A stretch of DNA of 64,000 bases, from NCBI GenBank assembly GCA_964016885.1, contig OZ024743.1, positions 177,382,001 through 177,446,000 of the forward strand, written 5' to 3'. The position numbers and the translations under genes are program-made. The DNA comes from Eledone cirrhosa. Taxonomy: Eukaryota. Positions 1 through 12,729 of the stretch are shown here, piece after piece. Positions within the stretch are counted from its first letter, which is position 1. Each line of letters opens with the position of its first letter. Under the pieces are notes generated by a model, which saw only the letters and a list, made by a program, of their open reading frames with translations, was not told the DNA's origin and searched no databases.

Positions 1-49
1 TCAGAAGTTATGAAAGTGGGATTCATGTGGAGAATGTTTCCCATTTTGT

Positions 50-3000
50 CAGATGTTATGAAAGTGGGATTCATGTGGAGAATGATTTCCATATTGTGAG
101 ATCTTATGAAAGTGGCATTCATGTGGAAGATGTTTTGCATATTGTCAGATGTTATGAAAGTGGGATTCATGTGGAGAATGTTTTCCATATTGTCACATCT
201 TATGAAAGTGGGATTCATGTGGAGAATGATTTCCATATTGTCAGATCTTATGAAAGTGGGATTCATGTGGAGAATGTTTTGCATATTGTCAGATGTTATG
301 AAAGTGGGATTCATGTGGAGAATGTTTTGCATATTGTCAGATGTTATGAAAGTGGGATTCATGTGGAGAATGATTTCCATATTGTCAGATCTTATGAAAG
401 TGGGATTCATGTGGAGAATGTTTTACATATTGTCAGATGTTATGAAAGTGGGATTCATGTGGAGAATGATTTCCATATTGTCAGATGTTATGAAAGTGGG
501 ATTAATGTGGAGAATATTTTGCATATTGTCAGATGTTATGAAAGTGGGATTCACGTGGAGAATGTTTTCCATATTGTCAGATGTTATGAAAGTGGGATTG
601 ATGTGGAGAATGTTTTGCATATTGTCAGATGTTATGAAAGTGGGATTCATGTGGAGAATGTTTTCAATATTGTCAGATGTTATGAAGGTGGGATTGATGT
701 GGAGAATGTTTTGCATATTGTCAGATGTTATGAAAGTGGGATTCATGTGGAGAAAGATTTCCATATTGTCATATCTTATGAAAGTGGGATTCATGTGGTG
801 AATGTTTTCCATATTGTCATATCTTATGAAATTAGGATTCATGTGGAGAATGTTTTGCATATTGTCAGATCTTATGAAAGTGGGATTCATGTGGAGAATG
901 ATTTCCATATTGTCAGATCTTATGAATGTGGGATTCATGTGGAGAATGTTTTGCATAGTGTTAGATGTTATGAATGTGGGATTGATGTAGAGAATGTTTT
1001 ACATATTGTCAGATCTTATGAAAGTGGGATTCATGTGGAGAATGTTTTCCATATTGTTAGATGTTATGAAAGTGGGATTCATGTGGAGAATGTTTTACAC
1101 ATTGTCAGATGCTATGAAAGTGGGATTCATGTGGAGAATGTTTTGCATATTGTCAGATGTTATGAAAGTGGGATTCATGTGGAGAATGATTTCGATATCG
1201 TCAGATCTTATGAAAGTGGGATTCATTTGGAGAATGTTTTGCATATTGTCAGATGTTATGAAAGTGGGATTCATGTGGAGAATGTTTTCCATATTGTCAG
1301 GAGTTATGAAGGTGGGATTCATGTGGAGAATGATTTCCATACTGTCAGATCTTATGAAAGTGGGATTCATGTGGATAATGTTTTCCATATTGCCAGATCT
1401 TATGAAAGTGGGATTCATGTGGAGAATGTTTTGCATATTGTCAGATGTTATGAAAGTGGGATTCATGTGGAGAATGTTTTCCATATTGTCAGATCTTATG
1501 AAAGTGGGATTCATGTGGAGAATGTTTTCCATATTGTCAGATCTTATGAAAGTGGGATTCATGTGGAGAATGTTTTGCATATTGTCAGATGTTATGAAAG
1601 TGGGATTCATGTGGAGAATGTTTTCCATATTGTCAGATCTTATGAAAGTGGGATTGATGTGGAGAATGTTTTGCATAATGTCAGATGTTATGAAAGTAGG
1701 ATTGATGTGGAGAATGTTTTGCATATTGTTAGATGTTATGAAAGTGGGATTCATGTGGAGAATGTTTTCCATATGGTCAGATATTATGAAAGTGGGATTC
1801 ATGTGGAGAATGTTTTCCATATTGTCAGATGTTATGAAAGTGGGATTGATGTGGAGAATGTCTTGCATATTGTCAGATGTTATGAAAGTGGGATTCATGT
1901 GGAGAATGTTTTCCATATTGTCAGATGTTATGAAAGTGGGATTCATGTGGAGAATGCTTTCCATATTGTCAGATGTTATGAAAGTGGGATTGATGTGGAG
2001 AATGTTTTGCATATTGTCAGATGTTATGAAAGTGGGATTCATGTGGAGAATGTTTCCCATTTTGTCAGATGTTATGAAAGTGGGATTCATGTGGAGAATG
2101 ATTTCCATATTGTCAGATCTTATGAAAGTGGGATTGATGTGGAGAATTTTTTGCATATTGTCAGATCTTATGAAAGTGGGATTCATGTGGAGAATGTTTT
2201 CCATATTGTCAGATGTTATGAAAGTGGGATTAATGTGGAGAATGTTTTATATATTGTCAGATGTTATGAAAGTGGGATTCACGTGGAGAATGTTTTCCAT
2301 ATTGTGAGATCTTATGAAAGTGGCATTCATGTGGAAGATGTTTTGCATATTGTCAGATGTTATGAAAGTGGGATTCATGTGGAGAATGTTTTCCATATTG
2401 TCAGATCTTATGAAAGTGGGATTCATGTGGAGAATGATTTCCATATTGTCTGATCTTATGAAAGTGGGATTCATGTGGAGAATGTTTTGCATATTGTCAG
2501 ATGTTATGAAAGTGGGATTCATGTGGAGAATGTTTTGCATATTGTCAGATGTTATGAAAGTAGGATTCATGTGGAGAATGATTTCCATATTGTCAGATTT
2601 TATGAAAGTGGGATTCATGTGGAGAATGTTTTACATATTGTCAGATGTTATGAAAGTGGGATTCATGTGGAGAATGTTTTCGATATTGTCAGAAGTTATG
2701 AATGTGGGATTGATGTGGAGAATGTTTTGCATATTGTCAGATGTTATGAAAGTGGGATTCATGTGGAGAATGTTTTCCATATTGTCAGATGTTATGAAGG
2801 TGGGATTGATGTGGAGAATGTTTGCATATTGTCAGATGTTATGAAAGTGGGATTCATGTGGAGAAAGATTTCCATATTGTCATATCTTATGAAAGTGGGA
2901 TTCATGTGGTGAATGTTTTCCATATTGTCATATCTTATGAAATTGGGATTCATGTGGAGAATGTTTTGCATTTTTCAGATGTTATGAAAGTGGGATTCAT

Positions 3001-4810
3001 GTGGAGAATGATTTCCATATTGTGAGATCTTATGAAAGTGGCATTCATGTGGAAGATGTTTTGCATATTGTCAGATGTTATGAAAGTGGGATTCATGTGG
3101 AGAATGTTTTCCATATTGTCACATCTTATGAAAGTGGGATTCATGTGGAGAATGATTTCCATATTGTCAGATCTTATGAAAGTGGGATTCATGTGGAGAA
3201 TGTTTTGCATATTGTCAGATGTTATGAAAGTGGGATTCATGTGGAGAATGTTTTGCATATTGTCAGATGTTATGAAAGTAGGATTCATGTGGAGAATGAT
3301 TTCCATATTGTCAGATCTTATGAAAGTGGGATTCATGTGGAGAATGTTTTACATATTGTCAGATGTTATGAAAGTGGGATTCATGTGGAGAATGATTTCC
3401 ATATTGTCAGATGTTATGAAAGTGGGATTAATGTGGAGAATATTTTGCATATTGTCAGATGTTATGAAAGTGGGATTCACGTGGAGAATGTTTTCCATAT
3501 TGTCAGATGTTATGAAAGTGGGATTGATGTGGAGAATGTTTTGCATATTGTCAGATGTTATGAATGTGGGATTCATGTGGAGAATGTTTTCAATATTGTC
3601 AGATGTTATGAAGGTGGGATTGATGTGGAGAATGTTTTGCATATTGTCAGATGTTATGAAAGTGGGATTCATGTGGAGAAAGATTTCCATATTGTCATAT
3701 CTTATGAAAGTGGGATTCATGTGGTGAATGTTTTCCATATTGTCATATCTTATGAAATTGGGATTCATGTGGAGAATGTTTTGCATATTGTCAGATCTTA
3801 TGAAAGTGGGATTCATGTGGAGAATGATTTCCATATTGTCAGATCTTATGAATGTGGGATTCATGTGGAGAATGTTTTGCATAGTGTCAGATGTTATGAA
3901 TGTGGGATTGATGTAGAGAATGTTTTACATATTGTCAGATCTTATGAAAGTGGGATTCATGTGGAGAATGTTTTCCATATTGTTAGATGTTATGAAAGTG
4001 GGATTCATGTGGAGAATGTTTTACACATTGTCAGATGCTATGAAAGTGGGATTCATGTGGAGAATGTTTTGCATATTGTCAGATGTTATGAAAGTGGGAT
4101 TCATGTGGAGAATGATTTCGATATTGTCAGATCTTATGAAAGTGGGATTCATTTGGAGAATGTTTTGCATATTGTCAGATGTTATGAAAGTGGGATTCAT
4201 GTGGAGAATGTTTTCCATATTGTCAGGAGTTATGAAGGTGGGATTCATGTGGAGAATGATTTCCATACTGTCAGATCTTATGAAAGTGGGATTCATGTGG
4301 AGAATATTTTCCATATTGTTAGATGTTATGAAAGTGGGATTCATGTGGAGAATGATTTACATATTGTCAGATGTTATGAAAGTGGGATTCATGTAGAGAA
4401 TGTTTTCCATATTGTCAGCTCTTATGAAAGTGTGATTCATGTGGATAATGTTTTCCATATTGCCAGATCTTATGAAAGTGGGATTCATGTGGAGAATGTT
4501 TCGCATATTGTCAGATGTTATGAAAGTGGGATTCATGTGGAGAATGTTTTCCATATTGTCAGATCTTATGAAAGTGGGATTCATGTGGAGAATGTTTTCC
4601 ATATTGTCAGATCTTATGAAAGTGGGATTCATGTGGAGAATGTTTTGCATATTGTCAGATGTTATGAAAGTGGGATTCATGTGGAGAATGTTTTCCATAT
4701 TGTCAGATCTTATGAAAGTGGGATTGATGTGGAGAATGTTTTGCATAATGTCAGATGTTATGAAAGTAGGATTGATGTGGAGAATGTTTTGCATATTGTC
4801 AGATGTTATG
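50..4810. repeat. Segmental duplication within the array: ~50-1740 copied at ~2976-4810 (offset 2926, then 3070)
   Basis: ORFs 106/3032, 423/3349 and 802/3728 are offset by 2926. Rare variants are shared (GTCACATCT, CATAGTG, GTAGAG, CAGGAGTT, CATACTG). GTGGATAAT lies at 1371 and 4441, indicating 3 extra monomers in the second copy. Confidence 0.8.
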
Positions 4811-5560
4811 AAAGTGGGATTCATGTTGAGAATGTTTTGCATATTGTCAGATGTTATGAAAGTAGGATTCATGTGGAGAATGATTTCCATATTGTGAGAT
4901 CTTATGAAAGTGGCATTCATGTGGAAGATGTTTTGCATATTGTCAGATGTTATGAAAGTGGGATTCATGTGGAGAATGTTTTCCATATTGTCAGATCTTA
5001 TGAAAGTGGGATTCATGTGGAGAATGATTTCCATATTGTCTGATCTTATGAAAGTGGGATTCATGTGGAGAATGTTTTGCATATTGTCAGATGTTATGAA
5101 AGTGGGATTCATGTTGAGAATGTTTTGCATATTGTCAGATGTTATGAAAGTAGGATTCATGTGGAGAATGATTTCCATATTGTCAGATGTTATGAAAGTG
5201 GGATTCATGTGGAGAATGTTTTACATATTGTCAGATGTTATGAAAGTGGGATTCATGTGGAGAATGTTTTCCATATTGTCAGATGTTATGAATGTGGGAT
5301 TGATGTGGAGAATGTTTTGCATATTGTCAGATGTTATGAAAGTGGGATTCATGTGGAGAATGTTTTCCATTTTGTCAGATGTTATGAAGGTGGGATTGAT
5401 GTGGAGAATGTTTTGCATATTGTCAGATGTTATGAAAGTGGGATTCATGTGGAGAAAGATTTCCATATTGTCATATCTTATGAAAGTGGGATTCATGTGG
5501 TGAATGTTTTCCATATTGTCATATCTTATGAAATTGGGATTCATGTGGAGAATGTTTTGC
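2300..5560. repeat. Segmental duplication: ~2300-2970 copied at ~4890-5560 (offset 2590)
   Basis: Shared GTCTGATCT variant (TGA at 2451 and 5041). ORFs 2314/4904 and 2475/5065 are offset by 2590. Confidence 0.75.
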
Positions 5561-6259
5561 ATATTGTCAGATCTTATGAAAGTGGGATTCATGTGGAGAA
5601 TGATTTCCATATTGTCAGATCTTATGAATGTGGGATTCATGTGGAGAATGTTTTGCATAGTGTCAGATGTTATGAAAGTGGGATTGATGTGGAGAATGGT
5701 TTACATGTTGTCAGATGCTATGAAAGTGGGATTCATGTGGAGAATGTTTTACACATTGTCAGATGCTATGAAAGTGGGATTCATGTGGAGAATGATTTCG
5801 ATATTGTCAGATCTTATGAAAGTGGGATTCATGTGGAGAATTATTTCCATATTGTGAGATCTTATGAAAGTGGCATTCATGTGGAAGATGTTTTCCATAT
5901 TGTCAGGTGTTATGAAAGTGGGATTCATGTGGAGAATGTTTTCCATATTGTCAGATGTTATGAAAGTGGGATTGATGTGGAGAATGTTTTGCATATTGTC
6001 AGATGTTATGAAAGTGAGATTCATGTGGAGAATGTTTTCCATATTGTCAGATGTTATACAAGTGGGATTCATGTGGAGAATGCTTTACATATTGTCAGAT
6101 GTTATGAAAGTGGGATTGATGTGGAGAATGTTTTCCATGTTGTCAGATCTGATGAAAGTGGGATTCATGTGGAGAATGTTTTCCATATTGCCAGATCTTA
6201 TGAAATTGGGATTCATGTGGAGAATGTTTTGCATATTGTCAGATGTTATGAAAGTGGGA

Positions 6260-9050
6260 TTCATGTGGAGAATGTTTTCCATATTCTCAGATCTTATGAA
6301 AGTGGGATTCATGTGGAGAATGTTTTCCATATTGTCAGATCTTATGAAAGGGGATTCATGTGGAGAATGTTTTGCATATTGTCAGATGTTATGAAAGTGG
6401 GATTCATGTGGAGAATGTTTTCCATATTGTCAGATCTTATGAAAGTGGGATTGATGTGGAGAATGTTTTGCATAATGTCAGATGTTATGAAAGTGGGATT
6501 GATGTGGAGAATGTTTTGCATATTGTTAGATCTTATGAAAGTGGGATTCATGTGGAGAATGTTTTCTATATTGTCAGATATTATGAAAGTGGGATTCATG
6601 TGGAGAATGTTTTCCATATTGTCAGATGTTATGAAAGTGGGATTGATGTGGAGAATGTCTTGCATATTGTCAGATGTTATGAAAGTGGGATTGATGTGGA
6701 GAATGTTTTGCATATTGTCAGATGTTATGAAAGTGGGATTCATGTGGAGAATGTTTCCCATTTTGTCAGATGTTATGAAAGTGGGATTCATGTGGAGGAT
6801 GATTTCCATATTGTCAGATCTTATGAAAGTGGGATTGATGTGGAGAATTTTTTGCATATTGTCAGATCTTATGAAAGTGGGATTGATGTGGAGAATGTTT
6901 TGCATAATGTCAGATGTTATGAAAGTGGGATTGATGTGGAGAATGTTTTGCATATTGTTAGATGTTATGAAAGTGGGATTCACGTGGAGAATGTTTTCCA
7001 TATTGTGAGATCTTATGAAAGTGGCATTCATGTGGAAGATGTTTTGCATATTGTCAGATGTTATGAAAGAGGGATTCATGTGGAGAATGTTTTCCATATT
7101 GTCAGATCTTATGAAAGTGGGATTCATGTGGAGAATGTTTTGAATATTGTCAGATGTTATGAAAGTGGGATTCATGTGGAGAATGTTTTGCATATTGTCA
7201 GATCTTATGAAAGTAGGATTCATGTGGAGAATGATTTCCATATTGTCAGATCTTATGAAAGTGGGATGCATGTGGAGAATGTTTTATATATTGTCAGATG
7301 TTATGAAACTGGGATTGATGTGGAGAATGATTTCCATATTGTCAGATCTTATGAAAGTGGGATTCATGTGGAGAATGTTTTATATATTGTCAGATGTTAT
7401 GAAAGTGGGATTGATGTGGAGAATGATTTCCATATTGTCAGATCTTATGAAAGTGGGATTCATGTGGAGAATGTTTTATATATTGTCAGATGTTATGAAA
7501 GTGGGATTCATGTGGAGAATGATTTCCATATTGTCAGATGTTATGAAAGTGGGATTAATGTGGAGAATGTTTTGCATATTGTCAGATGTTATGAAAGTGG
7601 GATTCACGTGGAGAATGTTTTCCATATTGTGAGATCTTATGAAAGTGGCATTCATGTGGAAGATGTTTTGCATATTGTCAGATGTTATGAAAGTGGGATT
7701 CATGTGGAGAATGTTTTCCATATTGTCAGATCTTATGAAAGTGGGATTCATGTGGAGAATGTTTTCCATATTGTCAGATCTTATGAAAGGGGATTCATGT
7801 GGAGAATGTTTTGCATATTGTCAGATGTTATGAAAGTGGGATTCATGTGGAGAATGTTTTCCATATTGTCAGATCTTATGAAAGTGGGATTGATGTGGAG
7901 AATGTTTTGCATAATGTCAGATGTTATGAAATTTGGATTGATGTGGAGAATGTTTTGAATATTGTTAGATGTTATGAAAGTGGGATTCATGTGGAGAATG
8001 TTTTCTATATTGTCAGATATTATGAAAGTGGGATTCATGTGGAGAATGTTTTCCATATTGTCAGATGTTATGAAAGTGGGATTGATGTGGAGAATGTCTT
8101 GCATATTGTCAGATGTTATGAAAGTGGGATTGATTTGGAGAATGTTTTGCATATTGTCAGATGTTATGAAAGTGGGATTCATGTGGAGAATGTTTCCCAT
8201 TTTGTCAGATGTTATGAAAGTGGGATTCATGTGGAGGATGATTTCCATATTGTCAGATCTTATGAAAGTGGGATTGATGTGGAGAATTTTTTGCATATTG
8301 TCAGATCTTATGAAAGTGGGATTCATGTGGAGAATGTTTTCCATATTGACAGATGTTATGAAAGTGGGATTAATGTGGAGAATGTTTTATATATTGTCAG
8401 ATGTTATGAAAGTGGGATTCACGTGGAGAATGTTTTCCATATTGTGAGATCTTATGAAAGTGGCATTCATGTGGAAGATGTTTTGCATATTGTCAGATGT
8501 TATGAAAGAGGGATTCATGTGGAGAATGTTTTCCATATTGTCAGATCTTATGAAAGTGGGATTCATGTGGAGAATGTTTTGCATATTGTCAGATGTTATG
8601 AAAGTGGGATTCATGTGGAGAATGTTTTGCATATTGTCAGATCTTATGAAAGTAGGATTCATGTGGAGAATGATTTCCATATTGTCAGATCTTATGAAAG
8701 TGGGATGCATGTGGAGAATGTTTTATATATTGTCAGATGTTATGAAAGTGGGATTGATGTGGAGAATGATTTCCATATTGTCAGATCTTATGAAAGTGGG
8801 ATTCATGTGGAGAATGTTTTATATATTGTCAGATGTTATGAAAGTGGGATTGATGTGGAGAATGATTTCCATATTGTCAGATCTTATGAAAGTGGGATTC
8901 ATGTGGAGAATGTTTTATATATTGTCAGATGTTATGAAAGTGGGATTCATGTGGAGAATGATTTCCATATTGTCAGATGTTATGAAAGTGGGATTAATGT
9001 GGAGAATGTTTTGCATATTGTCAGATGTTATGAAAGTGGGATTCACGTGG
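6260..9050. repeat. Tandem duplication, 1439-bp unit (30 monomers minus 1 bp)
   Basis: The GAAAGGGGATTC deletion occurs at ~6350 and ~7789, GGGATGCAT at ~7263 and ~8702, and GGAGGATGAT in both copies. ORF starts 6360 and 7799 differ by 1439. Confidence 0.8.
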
Positions 9051-12000
9051 ATAATGTTTTCCATATTGTCAGATGTTATGAAAGTGGGATTGATGTGGAG
9101 AATGATTTCCATATTGTCAGATCTTATGAAAGTGGGATTCATGTGGAGAATGTTTTGCATATTGTCAGAAGTCATGAAAGTGGGATTCATGTGGAGAATG
9201 ATTTCCATATTGTCAGATGTTATGAAAGTGGGATTAATGTGGAGAATGTTTTATATATTGTCAGATGTTATGAAAGTGGGATTCACGTGGAGAATGTTTT
9301 CCATATTGTGAGATCTTATGAAAGTGGCATTCATGTGGAAGATGTTTTGCATATTGTCAGATGTTATGAAAGTGGGATTCATGTGGAGAATGTTTTCCAT
9401 ATTGTCAGATCTTATGAAAGTGGGATTCATGTGGAGAATGATTTACATATTGTTAGATCTTATGAAAGTGGGATTCATGTGGAGAATGTTTTGCATATTG
9501 TCAGATGTTATGAAAATGGGATTCATGTGGAGAATGTTTTGCATATTGTCAGATGTTATGAAAGTGGGATTCATGTGGAGAATGATTTCCATACTGTCAG
9601 ATGTTATGAAAGTGGGATTGATGTGGAGAATATTTTGCATATTGTCAGATGTTATGAAAGTGGGATTCACGTGGAGAATGTTTTGCATATTGTCAGATGT
9701 TATGAAAGTGGGATTGATGTGGAGAATGTTTTGCATATTGTGAGATGTTATGAAAGTGGGATTCATGTGGAGAATGATTTCCATATTGTCAGATCTTATG
9801 AAAGTGGGATTCATGTGGAGAATGTTTTGCATATTGTCAGATCTTATGAAAGTGGGATTCATGTGGAGAATGTTTTATATATTGTCAGACGTTATGAAAG
9901 TGGGATTCATGTGGAGAATGTTTTCCATATTGTCAGATCTTATGAAAGTGGGATTCATGTGGAGAATGATTTCCATATTGTCAGATCTTATGAAAGTGGG
10001 ATTCATGTGGAGAATGTTTTGCATGTTGTCAGATGTTATGAAAGTGGGATTCATGTGGAGAATGTTTTGCATATTGTCAGATGTTATGAAAGTAGGATTG
10101 ATGTGGAGAATGATTTCCATATTGTCAGATCTTATGAAAGTGGGATTCATGTGGAGAATGTTTTACATATTGTCAGATGTTATGAAAGTGGGATTCATGT
10201 AGAGAATGATTTCCATATTGTCAGATGTTATGAAAGTGGGATTAATGTGGAGAATATTTTGCATATTGTCAGATGTTATGAACGTGGGATTCACGTGGAG
10301 AATGTTTTCCATATTGTCAGATGTTATGAAAGTGGGACTGATGTGGAGAATGTTTTGCATATTGTCAGATGTTATGAAAGTGGGATTGATGTGGAGAATG
10401 TTTTGCATATTGTCAGATGTTATGAAAGTGGGATTCATGTGGAGAATGATTTCCATATTGTCAGATGTTATGAAGGTGGGATTGATGTGGAGAATGTTTT
10501 GCATATTTTCAGATGTTATGAAAGTGGGATTCATGTGGAGAAAGATTTCCATATTGTCATATCTTATGAAAGGGGGATTCATTTGGAGAATGTTTTGCAT
10601 ATTGTCAGATGTTATGAAAGTGGGATTCATGTGGAGAATGTTTTCCATATTGTCAGAAGTTATGAAGGAGGGATTCATGTGGAGAATGATTTCCATACTG
10701 TCAGATCTTATGAAAGTGGGATTCATGTGGAGAATGTTTTCCATATTGTTAGATGTTATGAAAGTGGGATTCATGTGGAGAATGATTTACATATTGTCAG
10801 ATGTTATGAAAGTGGGATTCATGTGGAGAATGTTTTACACATTGTCAGATCTTATGAAAGTGGGATTCATGTGGAGAATGTTTTCCATATTGTTAGATCT
10901 TATGAAAGTGGGATTCATGTGGAGAATGTTTCCCATATTGTCAGATGTTATGAAAGTGGGATTCATGTGGAGAATATTTTCCATATTTTCAGATCTTATG
11001 AAAGTAGGATTAATGTGGAGAATGTTTTCCATATTGTCAGATCTTATGAAAGTGGGATTAATGTGGAGAATGTTTTGCATATTGTCAGATTTTATGAAAG
11101 TGGGATGCATGTGGAGAATGTTTTCCCTATTGTCAGATGTTATGAAAGTAGGATTCATGTGGAGAATGATTTCCATATTGTCAGATCTTATGAAAGTGGG
11201 ATTCATGTGGAGAATGTTTTACATATTGTCAGATGTTATGAAAGTGGGATTCATGTGGAGAATGTTTTCCATATTGTCAGATGTTATGAAGGTGGGATTC
11301 ACGTGGAGAATGTTTTCCATATTGTCAGATCTTATGAAAGTGGGATTGATGTGGAGAATTATTTGCATATTGTCAGATCTTATGAAAGTGGGATTCATGT
11401 GGAGAATGTTTTACATATTGTAAGATGTTATGAAAGTGGGATTCATGTGGAGAATGTTTTCCATATTGTCAGATGTTATGAAAGTGGGATTAATGTGGAG
11501 AATGTTTTATATATTGTCAGATGTTATGAAAGTGGGATTCATGTGGAGAATGTTTTCCATATTGTCAGATCTTATGAAAGTGGGATTCATGTGGAGAATG
11601 ATTTCCATATTGTCAGATCTTATGAAAGTGGGATTCATGTGGAGAATGTTTTGCATATTGTCAGATGTTATGAAGGTGGGATTCATGTGGAGAATGATTT
11701 CCATATTGTCAGATCTTATGAAAGTGGGATTGATGTGGAGAATTTTTTGCATATTGTCAGATCTTATGAAAGTGGGATTCATGTGGAGAATGTTTTATAT
11801 ATTGTCAGATGTTATGAAAGTGGGATTCATGTGGAGAATGTTTTCCATATTGTCAGATCTTATGAAAGTGGGATTCATGTGGAGAATGATTTCCATATTG
11901 TCAGATCTTATGAAAGTGGGATTCATGTGGAGAATGTTTTGCATGTTGTCAGATGTTATGAAAGTGGGATTCATGTGGAGAATGTTTTGCATATTGTCAG

Positions 12001-12729
12001 ATGTTATGAAAGTAGGATTCATGTGGAGAATGATTTCCATATTGTCAGATCTTATGAAAGTGGGATTCATGTGGAGAATGTTTTTCATATTGTCAGATGT
12101 TATGAAAGTGGGATTCATGTGGAGAATGATTTCCATATTGTCAGATGTTATGAAAGTGGGATTAATGTGGAGAATATTTTGCATATTGTCAGATGTTATG
12201 AATGTGGGATTCACGTGGAGAATGTTTTCCATATTGTCAGATCTTATGAAAGTGGGATTCATGTGGAGAATGTTTTGCATATTGTCAGAAGTTATGAAAG
12301 TGAGATTCATGTGGAGAATGTTTCCCATTTTGTCAGATGTTATGTAAGTGGGATTCATGTGGAGAATGTTTTCCATATTTTCAGATGTTACGAAAGTTGG
12401 ATTCCTGTGAGAATTTTTTACCATATTGTCAGATGTTATGAAAGTGGGATTAATCTGGAGAATGTTTTACATCTTGTCAGATGTTATGAAAGTGGGATTC
12501 ATGTGGAGAATGTTTTGCATGTTGTCAGATGTTATGAAAGTGGGATTAATATGGAGAATGTTTTACATATTGTCAGATGTTATGAAAGTGGGATTCATGT
12601 GGAGAATGTTTTTCATATTGTCAGATGTTATGAAAGTGGGATTAATGTGGAGAATGTTTTACATATTGTCAGATGTTATGTAAGTGGGATTCATGTGGAG
12701 AATGTTTTCCATATTGTCACATGTTATGA

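Larger units (their letters stand above)
1..12385. repeat. Satellite subfamily domain A (rich in GAATGATTTCC, ATTGAT and AGATCT variants, few indels)
   Basis: Frequent AATGATTTCC, GGGATTGATG, AGATCTTATG, TTCACGTG and GGCATTCATGTGGAAGAT variants. Only four net 1-bp deletions were seen (~2821, ~2972, ~6350, ~7789). The CATGTGAGAA and TTACGAAA variants are absent. Confidence 0.85.

Noticed and set aside
1-48. Monomer derived from a shorter ancestral subunit (AGATGTTATG vs AGAATGTTTTG; repeated ATGT and GTGG)
   Set aside because: The similar motifs are short and unevenly spaced (29 and 19 bp) and could arise by chance in a low-complexity T/G/A-rich unit.
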